DNA from: Macrostomum lignano
Taxonomy: Eukaryota
Direction: 5' to 3'
Length of the DNA stretch: 43,680 nt
Assembly (NCBI GenBank): GCA_002269645.1
Contig: NIVC01004507.1
Location: forward strand, 1-43,680
The position numbers and the translations under genes are program-made. Of this stretch, positions 11,993-22,284 are shown in pieces; position 1 is the stretch's first letter; each line of letters begins with the position of its first letter. The notes under the pieces were generated by a model. The model did no database searches and was not told where the DNA came from. It worked only from the letters and a program-made list of their open reading frames with translations.

Positions 11993-13108
11993 ATGAATCT
12001 CAACCTGCTGACTGCCGCTCTGCTCCTGCAGGCCCTCGTCATCGCCGACTGCCAGGCCAGTTCGAAGAGAAACGAGTTCCGACTCGACTCAAGCGACAGC
12101 AGCTCATCGCCAGTGAGCTTCGCTTCGCACAAGGCGGCCAGCCGGATCCACTGCTCCGGACTGTGCTCAGCCAGGTCTGGCTGCTTTGGCATCTGCTGGA
12201 TCAGCTCTGCTAGAGACTGCCGGCTCTTCACGGTGTCCGCCTTCTTCAACAGGGACTCCTGGACACTGCTCACGACCGGGCGTTGCGATATCTATGCTCC
12301 AGGTAAGTGGAACTTGTGGCTGGTGTCACTACGCTGGTATGAGTCTTGTGAGCACTCTACGAGTGCATATGCTGTTTATGTTGGCTACGAGTTCAACGTC
12401 GTGCTGTATGTCAGCGCCCGCCTTCTGGCCTGCTGCGCGGGAGGCGACTCAGGCTCGCTCGTCACGTCATCCCGTCGGAAAGTCGCTGCCACCAGCCGTT
12501 ACACGACCAGCTTTTGTGGACGGCAGGTTCCGCAGAGACTTTTGACGGATGCGCGAACCCCGGTCTGATTCTGACTTGGGAAGCTGACTTTTTGAGATGT
12601 GCAGCACAAATGCGTGCGTTCTAACACCTCCCCCTCTGTGGCGTATGGTGTTGTTGTTGTTGTTGTTATTAAAGCATATTAAACGCCAACAATTTCAGAT
12701 ACAAGCATTAGGAAGATTATGTTCACAGACTGCACTCAAAGCAGCACTTCATCAGGCGGCGTTTGCAGCCGGGCTATCGATGGAGACAAGCGTCAAAATT
12801 ATTTTGACGGATCTTGCAGCCACACCACCAACCACGGCTCTGAGTGGTGGGAGGGCCGGCTGTCACAGCAGTCCATGGTCGTATCCGTCACCATCTACAA
12901 CAGGCAGGACTGCTGCCCTGAACGTTTGAACGACTTCCAGCTGCTGGTTGACGGAGTTGTGTGCCACGAGGTGAACATTGTGACTCCATTCTTGGTGAAG
13001 AACCTCAGCTGCTGGCAGCTCGGCAATCGAGTTCGAGTTCTGAATCGGCAAGCCGAGGCGTTTGCCATTTGCGAGATTGAAGCATATGGCTTTTTCTATC
13101 CTGGCTGA
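11993..13108 (+). CDS. Secreted PAN/apple-like + F-type lectin (fucolectin) domain protein, 239 aa, 2 exons
   Basis: Exons 11993-12302 and 12699-13108 (GTAAGT donor, TTTCAG acceptor, phase 1, 720 nt total). Signal peptide MNLKLLTAALLLQALVIADC, a Cys-patterned PAN-like domain, then AIDG and an exact F-type lectin fucose-binding motif H-X26-R-X-D-X4-R (SH...NRQDCCPER). Confidence 0.9.
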
Positions 13109-13469
13109 TCCGGAAGCTTCAATGGAAGTCTGTCAGATAGTTGACTAGCTGACTTTTCTAAGCGAAATTCACTGAATGTGTTTTCAGAATTGAATCTTTT
13201 AAAGGTCCATAAATATACCAGAGCATGACAGGGTTCTGAAGATAAAAGTGAAATCCCTGCTGACAAGTAGAAGCAATAATTTCAATGACTTCGATGTTTT
13301 TATTGATTCACTGTTGACAAGTGGGGTGCTTTTTCTGTCAATGCCAAGTTTTTGACAGGGAAGGCAAGTGCTTGAAGCACCTTCTGAGCTGTACATAGCA
13401 CAAAAAGAAGTGTCTTAGTTTTTTTGCAGCTAGTTCGATTCAGTTACCATGTAAAAATCGCTAAGGTCT

Positions 13470-13790
13470 TCTTATTCTGAAGCTGCAGACAGAGCAGCAC
13501 CGTTTTGAGCGACAGGTGCTTGCAGCGCGCTATTGACGGGGCTATCATCAGAATTGTCATCAGAAACGCTCATGCAGCCTCTCCGGCAACCAGTAGGGGA
13601 AGGCTGAATAAGCGCGCATGTGTACGAGAGTATTTATACAATATTTGACAATTTTGATGGCACTCACCTCGCAAATAATTCTACGACTTGTGACCCAAAC
13701 CCAATAGAAAAAATCTTGGATTATCAAGCATTGTGAAACGAGCTGTAACTTTATTTTTGGACGAGCAACTACAGTGTAGTAGTAAAATAA
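13470..13790 (+). pseudogene. Highly decayed F-type lectin domain relic
   Basis: Reads LF*SCRQSST..RAIDG (13475-13540), then GRLNKRACVREYLYN in another frame. This parallels MFTDCTQSST..RAIDG and GRLSQQSMVVSVTIYN of the intact gene. Confidence 0.5.
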
Positions 13791-14320
13791 AAAACCCAAA
13801 TGAAGCAGAGTACAACTACTGGTATGAAAGCAGATGCTTTGATTAAACCAGATTTACATTCATTTAAGTTCAAGAAGCAGCAATGGATTCAACAAAATTG
13901 GTTGCAGCTGCAAAGTGATGAGTTGCCACACGAAGGCCAGCGGATGCTCGGTCGGTACAAATCTTCTGTGTACAGCGGTCACCTCGGACTCCGGTTCGGT
14001 CTCTGTCCTTGCCGCACTGGAATCCTCGATACCGATAAGCCGAACAAATAATAACGAATTTTAAGCTTGTGAAGTTTTCGCTCAAACAAATCCGACTGAT
14101 TGTTTTTGCATCTTTTATTTAAAGATATAAAAACAAAAAACTCCCCCCCCCAGTATCATCTCCCACTAAGTGACATCTATATACTAAAAATGAACCTCGT
14201 TAGTTGACCGACTTTTCGCAAATCATCTCTATGACCGAACACATTCATGCGGTTTTGTTCGAGCCACAACTTCACAAACTTACAATGGTAGATTGTATAG
14301 TATGCAACATAGTTGAATAA

Positions 14321-15330
14321 TGGCCATAGACACTCGTGAGCTACGCGCACTCGTGTTTTGGCTATTATTCAACTCAGTTGCATACTATACAAGTGCATTG
14401 TACTTATACTTTCACTCAGCGCGCGGCCATTATTCCACACTTTTGTCGCTGTCATTATTCCACACTTTTTATCAAGCTTCAATTGGCAGTTTTAAGAGTT
14501 ATTTTACCCATAGACCACTGAGTTGTGTGTCTTAGTTTGACCATAGACACACTGTGATGAGTGCTGATTTCGCTTGCGTCTTGTAAGAAATCAGAAAAGC
14601 GAGTAGTAAGAGAAAAGGCTATTTGTCTTGTCAAACAACCATGGCTGGTGCATCTCGTCAAACAGCCGCGCTTAACAATTGGAAAAATCTTCCTGTCGAC
14701 GACTGAAGGAACCGTGCGGCGCTACCTAGGAAGAAAACTCGACCATGCAGTCTTCAACGCCTCGTCGGCTATAAGCGATGCCTCAAAGCGGCCAATAGAT
14801 TTAGTCGAGCACCCGACAGTCCCAAAGAATCCCAGCTTGGATACTGCGTTACCAAAGAAGCTCATCAGACGAAGCTTATCAGTCGCAAGCCAACCAAGAC
14901 GACGTGCATCTTTCAAATGGTAAGTTCGGCATCTATACTTGAGCACCTGTATTTCTCTTTTATAGAAAACATTCAAAATAGACCAACTCCTTTTGCAGTG
15001 TTAAATCATTAGGCTTAAGTGTCGAGCATCTTTGGGAACTGCGGCTTTGAGAACTATGCATGTTTCACTTTGGGTGACAAATAGATTTTCACATTGTTAA
15101 ATTTCGACTACAAACTGTTGAACTGCACTAGCTGTGACATTTATCATGAACGCTTTTCGTGTAGCTGGTACTTTAGTTTTAATGATTTTTCCTTTTTGTT
15201 CATTTACTCCTTGCTGTTATGTATTTATTAACAAAAATACTGTGCGATGATTTTTTCAATCCAAATGTCTATGGTACACATCAAAACTGTGGTAGAATGG
15301 ATAAATAATCAGCGGCGCGAGTCATAGACA
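14321..15330. mobile_element. Putative second CCATAGAC-family (Crypton-like) non-autonomous element, boundaries uncertain
   Basis: CCATAGAC at 14324, 14508 and 14541, GTCTATGG at 15267. Shares TCTTAGT(TT)GACCATAGACA and duplicated CATTAT..CAC.CTTTT boxes with the left end of the 10456-11365 element. Confidence 0.4.
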
Positions 15331-16392
15331 AATCGTTGTCACGTGCTGCGACCGCTGATTCTTTACATTGTTTTTCTGTTTGACGATCCTACAGACAATG
15401 CATTGTTTGTAGTAATGGATTGTTCTGCATTAAAAATGTGAATAATGATCGTCAAATTGCTAAACAATGGCCAAAATATTTTGTTATTGCGTCTGGGTAA
15501 AAGTATAATTACAATGATGTAGCATTTATTATTTACTCTTCTGTTGATGTTTTTGATTTATTCAGCCGAACAGACAGATGATATACTTCGAGTATTGGGT
15601 TAATGCTGCGATTTTTTGCATTTCGAAAGCAGTTGGCAGCAAGTCTTCTCGATTGAAACTTCCAAGAATCTCTGAAATCAGGTAATATTTGATATTAAAA
15701 GCTTTTTTGCATTTAGATTTCTTTTTCAGTTGGAGTTGTTCTCACGGAGATTTGCAATTCATGCAAAAAGTCGCTGAAAATGGATTATCGAGATTTCGGA
15801 ATATTTATGTTTTTTTAGCACTGAATTCCCGATGTCTCTCATTTTCTGGTCTTCCGAACTACAAGCGGAACAAGTATATTTTATCCGAGGTGCACTCACA
15901 ACTTTGTCTGTGGTTAGAATGTGGGGCTTTGGACCCCCGCTAGCAGCCAAAGGAAATATCTATGGAAAAAGCCTACTAACAATCATCGCCCCTCCTTTTT
16001 GGGCAGAACTGGGAAAACTCCACGCTGGGAAGAAAAGAGACAAAAATAGACTAGAGACAAAAAATTGCTTGTTCCGTTGGTAATTTGGAAGTCGAGAAAC
16101 CGGGGGTATTGTGAGGCATAGTGCCGAAAACTTCCTATCTCAGTGATGCATCACCGTCAGCAGGCCTGTCAAAGTAGACTAAGTAGGCCTGTCAAATATA
16201 GACTACTGAGAAAAGTAGACAAATAAATATTTGAATCGTGAAATCTCTCAAATAGCCCAAAAATGTCTCCATGTAAAAGAAATGGCAGCATAAAAGAAAC
16301 GTCAGTGCACACTGCGAGTGGTGGGAGAGGACGGCGTGTGGCTGTGGTTGACTGACGAACGGAAACTGGTCTGGGTCTGTATAAAGCTTTAT

Positions 16393-19300
16393 CTATAGCT
16401 CGCATAATGTCACAGCAGTTCCCTTATGAGGACTCACAGTGCCTACAGTGCTATCCTTGAAAAGCCGGTCCCGCATCGCTCGCTGCAGTTCCGGCTCTCG
16501 TCCGATGACGCTTCTGTGTCGGTGAGCGATGCCGACCAGCCTGTCAACGTCCTGACCGAATATCAGCGCCAGATAGATCTCCTGAGGGTCGGCAGACGGA
16601 TCTTCTGCCAGCCTTGTAGTGTCCTCAATAATTGGCAGGTTGCACTGGCCCGGCAACAAAATTTTGGCCAGGTAGACAGCCAAAGCGTTGAAGTTCATGT
16701 AGAAAGCATTGATATGGTTTGACAAATGAACTGGAAAGATGTTGGAGTTGAATTCGCGCAGCACCAGTTTATCTGTGTCAATTTTATATTCGTCATCAAG
16801 CCGACAACAGAATTTAGCGATGTAGTTTTTCCTTAGCAGTTGCTGGCTCAGCTCAGTAGCAGTCCGACAGTGTTCGGGGTCCAGTCTTCCTGACGATGAC
16901 CAGTCTGGTTCGCTGCAACTGGTTAGAAAATGCAGCAGCTCCTCTCGAGCGTTGTCTCTCTGGCTGCGTCTCAACAATAACAGAACCCTCAAACAGACCT
17001 TTGCTGCGATCGCGAAGTCACCAATGGTTTCTGTCAAGGCCATGGCTTCTGCAAATTCATCGTCAGTTTTTGACGATTCGTCTGTAGAAAGTATTTCCAT
17101 GCACCTGGTTACAGCTACCGTGGCATTGTAAATGGCAGCGGAGTGGGCAGGTAAACTCTCCGATGCAGTCCCATCTTCCGGCTTGACGAGGTTCAATCGA
17201 CAAAAACTCAGTGAAAAGTGGAGAAGCGGGTTGTAGATAATCTTCTCGTCCCCGACCTGCGGTCTCAACATCAGGGCAAATTCATTTAGAACCTTGTCCA
17301 AACTGTTAATTACTTTAGTAGTCGACTCGGCAATTGAAGCCGCGCAGCTCGATTCCTTCAGGTACAGTGCTGCTTCAGGCAGAAAAAAGTGCTTCATTAG
17401 TTTGAGGTCACCCGGTTGGACGGCTTTTAATGCGCTCTCCAATTCTGTCAGAGATTTTAGTAACAACGGGCGCAGGTTTTCCTTCTGCCAACACTCCGGT
17501 GGAGTGGCATCAAGAGCCTGGAATAGCAGCGTCTTCACGTGATAAGTCTTCAGGCCGAAAGTACTCGTGGAGGTGCAGATCGCATGCTTCACGATGTATT
17601 TTAATGTAACAAAGAACCAACACTGCACAGTGTTGAGACTCTTCATGACAATGTTTTCAAGAAAAGCGGTGCTGATTCTCTTCTGTCGGCCCCTCCTACC
17701 CGGTGCAGCTGCAGAGACCACGTGACAGGACTGCGGCCGATCGATCTCGATTTTCAAGGCTTGTAGCACATTCTCGGGAAAGTACCGAGCATTGTCCAGC
17801 AGAAATATTGTCGGGTAGCAGCAGCAAATCTGCGCTGCAACCATGTCCATGGACGGTTTGAGGTGCGACGGACCGTAGTATTTAGTCGGGTTGGATGCTA
17901 AAAGACACGACGGGAAAGAAATGGAAGCCAATGGTACAGAATTACAACAAAGTTCACTGTCACAAGATGAAGGCACTCACTGACTCCTGAAATCGTCACG
18001 TGCCCATCCTCGTACGCCATCTTGCTGCTGTCCGATACTGTTGGGCAACGACAGAACGATGCAATGTGAATCGGCTCCCGAGTCTTGTCCAACAACAGTA
18101 CGTCGATGTCAGATTCCAAGTCCGTGCTGCCATCGGCACTCACAATAGAATTGCCGCATCCGTCACTGTAGCTGCCGACGAGGTGAGCTTCGAAGCCGCT
18201 CCAGTCGGCGCTGTCGGCAAACTGACAGCGCAAGATTGCCTGCTGAACTTTCGCCCTGACTTGCAGGCACTGCATTCGCTCCTGGTTGAAACCGGCTCGT
18301 TCCAAAGCCTCGACCAATACAGACACACTGCTAGGATTGAAAGCAAACAAAAGCATACAAATAAGTAACAATTTCAAACAGGTTCCGTCTTGGTCGTCTG
18401 CAGTTTGATTAGTGTTAATGCACTCAATTCTAACTGTCAGGATGGTACCAATGTCATCCAGCACTCTATTCTGACTGTCAGGACGGTACCAATGTCATCC
18501 AGCACTCCATTCTTACTGTCAGGATGGCACCAACGTCATCGAGCACTCCATTCTAACTGTCAGGATGGTACCAATGTCATCCAGCACTCCATTCTGACTG
18601 TCAGGATGGTACCAATGTCATCCAGCACTCCATTCTGACTGTCAGGATGGCTGCAACACACTCCTTCGACGCCAACGGTTGGTTAGCTAGTTCCGATAGG
18701 AATATAACACAAAATATTTGTTAAACTGAAAGATAAAGAGACAAAAATTACTTGAATCCATCGGAACACATTTCAGCCTCGGTAATTAGAGTCAGCATCT
18801 GCTCATTGTCTAGTAGCCTAACCAGTCCTTGGACCGAAAACGTTTGCGGCAAGCTCAGCAGAGCACTGACCGCCTCCTCCTTGCTGCACTGCATCAAGAG
18901 CTCCTTGCAGCATTCGATGTGGCCAAACGCGGATGCAAGGCGCAGGACCGCGCCAAGCGTCAACTTTGACGAGCGCTTAAGATACGGTAGCAGGCATTTT
19001 AGACTTTCCAAAAGTCCACTTCGCGCAGCCAGCTCGATCGGCGTCAGGTTTTCAGCGTTAGAAGCGTCAGGATTCGCTCCATGGCGGAGCAGAAGTCGGA
19101 CAATCGCTGCGTGACCTCGCATGACAGCAGTGTGCAGCGGCGTCATATTTGATTTATCGGGATGTCCGATTAAACTTGGCGAACCGAGCGCCTCCAAGAG
19201 CAGCCTGGCTGCCTCTAGGTGTCCATCTCGACAAGCCAGGTGCAGCGGCATTCTACCAAAGTCGTCTTGCCTGTCAGCCTCAGCTCTCGCCTTCAGCAGT

Positions 19301-19673
19301 CGCTGGATGACGTCAGAGTAGCCATACAGGGTGGCCACATGCAGCGGCGTGGAGCTTTTGCAGTCCGGTGAGTTTACATCGTCACCAGCTTGGATCAAGC
19401 GCTGTACAACTAAGCCGTGACCATTATAGGCGGCTAGGTGCAGTGGCCTCCAGAGATCACTCTTGCACTTTGTTATGCTGGCGCCTCGTTCAAGTAGCAG
19501 TCCGACCACAGTTTCGTGACCTCTCTCAGCTGCCAGAATCAGAGGCGTGAGTTGTCCACCTCGTCTTGCTCATTCACGTCTGCTCCGGAATCGAGAAGCT
19601 GCTCTACCTTATCAAGTCTGCCTTCTGAAGCAGCAGCGTTTAGAGGCGTCCGGAAGCAGTTTCTGTTTTCCAT
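16393..19673 (-). CDS. Ankyrin-repeat + Mab-21/cGAS-like (cGLR) nucleotidyltransferase, ~925 aa, 3 exons, one 1-nt frameshift near the 5' end
   Basis: Exons 19673-18752, 18330-17981 and 17897-16393. Intron 1 is AA|GTAATT...CCTAG|C (phase 2 on both sides); intron 2 is A|GTGAGT...TTTTAG|CA (phase 1). About 8 TPLH-type ankyrin repeats, then NTase motifs LVGSYSDG, SDID and SMDMV, then a Mab-21 C-lobe (LKTYHVKTLLF, W.KENL, KHFFLPE) and a helical tail. A 1-nt gap at ~19555 separates ANK1 from the rest of the frame. Confidence 0.8.
18421..18651. repeat. 41-bp minisatellite (~5.5 copies) in intron 1 of the ANK-cGLR gene
   Basis: Unit CTGTCAGGATGGTACCAATGTCATCCAGCACTCCATTCTGA starts at 18434, 18475, 18516, 18557, 18598 and 18639. 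Confidence 0.95.
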
Positions 19674-20909
19674 TAGAAATTTCAAACATGCATGGTTTTT
19701 GACGCTTTGTATGGCGAGTTAAAAATCTGAAAAGTAATTAGAGAGCTCCAGAGCCATCAGAGGATGGCTCAGAGCTAAAAAGAAAGCGCATAAGGACGCT
19801 AGGAGAAGAAACAAGCCGCGCCCCTGAGCTCCCTCATTTCAACCAGCCAGCCCGATGGAAAAGCCACGGAGCTGCCGCGGACCTGCCTGGCAAGGGAACA
19901 AGATAGAGCCGATCGATGGGCCTCCCGGACGAAGCTGGATAAGGCTCGTATCCCTTCCTAAGATGAACAGAAGCATGTGTACTGTTGACGGTGAAGGGAT
20001 TAAAGTACTGTAGGGGATGGCGTAGCCGTATAGCTGCATCTAGCTTCTAGCACAACCTATGCATTAGAAATCCCCCACTCCGTTACCCCTGCGAGGCCAG
20101 AGCGGCCTTTTTATAGGCTGGCTAGTTTTTAAAGTGCTTTGGGACAGAACTTTTATCGGGGCCCGGGGGTTGCGTCCCCAATCCAAACTCTCCGAGTACC
20201 GTGTGCATGTAAAGCCATTGGTAAATTTTTTAACTCCTTCTCGGAGGACAGGAATTTCGGAATTAAATTAAAGGAGGAGTCTCATTTTTTATTTCTCCTC
20301 GCTCCCATGAAGCTTGGCAACCTATCAGTCGTAGAATTGATGTTCTAGATAATCACAGTTCTTCTTTGTCTCTGATATCGCGGGTTAGATTCACCTGAGA
20401 CCGACGACATATATATGTTAGGCATGCAGTACTGCTCAAACCGTACAGAATCAGTACGTTGTAATAGGTGCGCTATTGTCCAAATTGCCCCACCACCCGG
20501 AAAAGTCCCACATCCCGTTTAACAATCCGCGACGTCGGTCTGCGGTCGGTCCGACGTCGGCCATCGTCGGATTGCTGTACGGGCATCGGCCCAATAATAT
20601 GCCATAAGACAAAAGCTATGTACAGAAGCCATCAGCTAAAAACTGTCTCGAGAAGGGCCGGGGTTCATTTTAGGTTTTAATAATTCGAAGTTAGATATAT
20701 AGCAGGTCCACCTAATTGTGGGAGGTATTTAATTGACACAGGTATACTACAGTCTGAGAAGCCTAATGTAGGCTGTAGTATAGTGTCTTTCCAAGTTTAT
20801 AACTTATGAATTACATGTACATTTAGGTAGTCTTTAATTATAATGATGTATTACGGGCACTGCTAGAGTTTCTCACAGAGAATCACAATAACAATAAACT
20901 TAACATGGC

Positions 20910-21123
20910 AGAAAAGTTCAAGAAACGAATTCTGACTCGAATCAAGTGGAAGCAGCTCCTCGCCAGAGTTTTATTTCACACAATTAGGTAGGCATTAATC
21001 ACACAATTATAGATTCCCACTGCTCCGCGGACTGTGCTTAGGTTTTAGCTGCTTTGGAATCTGCTGACTTAGTGCTGCAAAGAGACTGCCGCGACTCTTC
21101 ACGGTGTTTGCCTGTTTCAACGT
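20910..21123 (+). pseudogene. Decayed relic of lectin exon 1 (PAN-like domain)
   Basis: AAGAAACGAATTCTGACTCGAATCAAG..AGCAGCTCCTCGCCAG and CCACTGCTCC..GGACTGTGCT..GCTGCTTTGG.ATCTGCTG..AGAGACTGCC..CTCTTCACGGTG..TTCAAC align to 12060-12250, with indels and a stop. Confidence 0.8.
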
Positions 21124-22284
21124 AGCACAGTACAGGGAACTAGATGCAGAAATAATGTATAGTAGACATCTGCATTAAAGCATTCTATTTGTCATACATG
21201 TACATGCATTTTGCATAGTCAATACAAATTACTATTGGATTATCATATTCGAATTGAAGTGGTTTCTATAAAATTTTTCCTTTATTTTATTACCAGGTTG
21301 CACCAAATGGCTACTGCAGTGAACATAATTACTACATGTAAGTAAGAGTTACAGAGATACCCGTTGCTGCAAAGGTTGCACAAAAAAATGTTCCTATCTG
21401 GGTGATTTGCTATGTTGCACGTCAACATTCCTGCAACAGTCCTGAGCGCGACAAATGAAACATAACATCTTCTACTTGTTGTCATCAACGTTCCTGCAAC
21501 AGTGCTGCAACAAACTTGGCACTAGGGGATTATTAATTGCCGGCTTCTGGCGATCGGCACAGTGCGTGTACAAATGGCATGTATTCGTAGAGAGGAACAA
21601 AAACGGACTGTCTTATTAGATGTATTTTAAATGTAAATGCACATGAATGTACGTCTTTATAGTATTTTCCCTTCAAACTCCGACCCATGCAAACTTTCTG
21701 CCATGTCACTTTACACGTAACATGCGTGGTACACAATGAACCAAAGTCAAAGTGGTGGTTTTCAGGGTACGCCACCGGTCGTCGGAGCCACCATAGTTAC
21801 TTTGCCAATGACCTACCCTGTGCGAAAAAAAGCCAAAGTTTTTTGTAGAACTGCAGCTAACTCTGCGTTGTTTGAGCGTAATTGTTACGTAGTCACCGTG
21901 TTCACTGCTTTTAAATAGAACTGAGATCGATTTTTTCTAAGAAACTTATTTTAGCTTACTTCTTGTATTTCGGCGCTGCGCTTGACTTCACTTGATGCCT
22001 AAGGGCTAAGAGTGTAGTGTTATTGTGTTAACTATTTTCTAGCTAATAAAAGTCGTTTGGGTGTGTTCAGATCAATTTTTACATAGCTAGAGAGCAAAGA
22101 TACAATTAAGTCAATCCAAGCCGAATACATAAAATGCCTGTCAATGTAAGCCTAAGGCTAAATGTCTGGCTCAGTGTCTAAAATTAAACGGTTTCTTTGC
22201 TAGGTCAATGCTGTGCCAGTACCCACCTATTTAAAATTGACATCTATTCGCTTTTTATTGCACATAATATTGCTTTTTGTTGTC

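Noticed and set aside
11900-12568. 222-aa ORF as a single-exon gene
   Set aside because: Real ATG is at 11993 (signal peptide, matches copy 1) and the frame leaves by the donor at 12303; the remainder is intron.
19751-19770. 8-bp-stem hairpin upstream of the ANK-cGLR start
   Set aside because: Short enough to arise by chance, with no other support.
20522-20574. Nested CCGACGTCGG inverted repeats
   Set aside because: No TIR/TSD context or second copy in the window.
20743-20782. 10-bp inverted repeat TATACTACAG/CTGTAGTATA
   Set aside because: Isolated, with no associated element signature.
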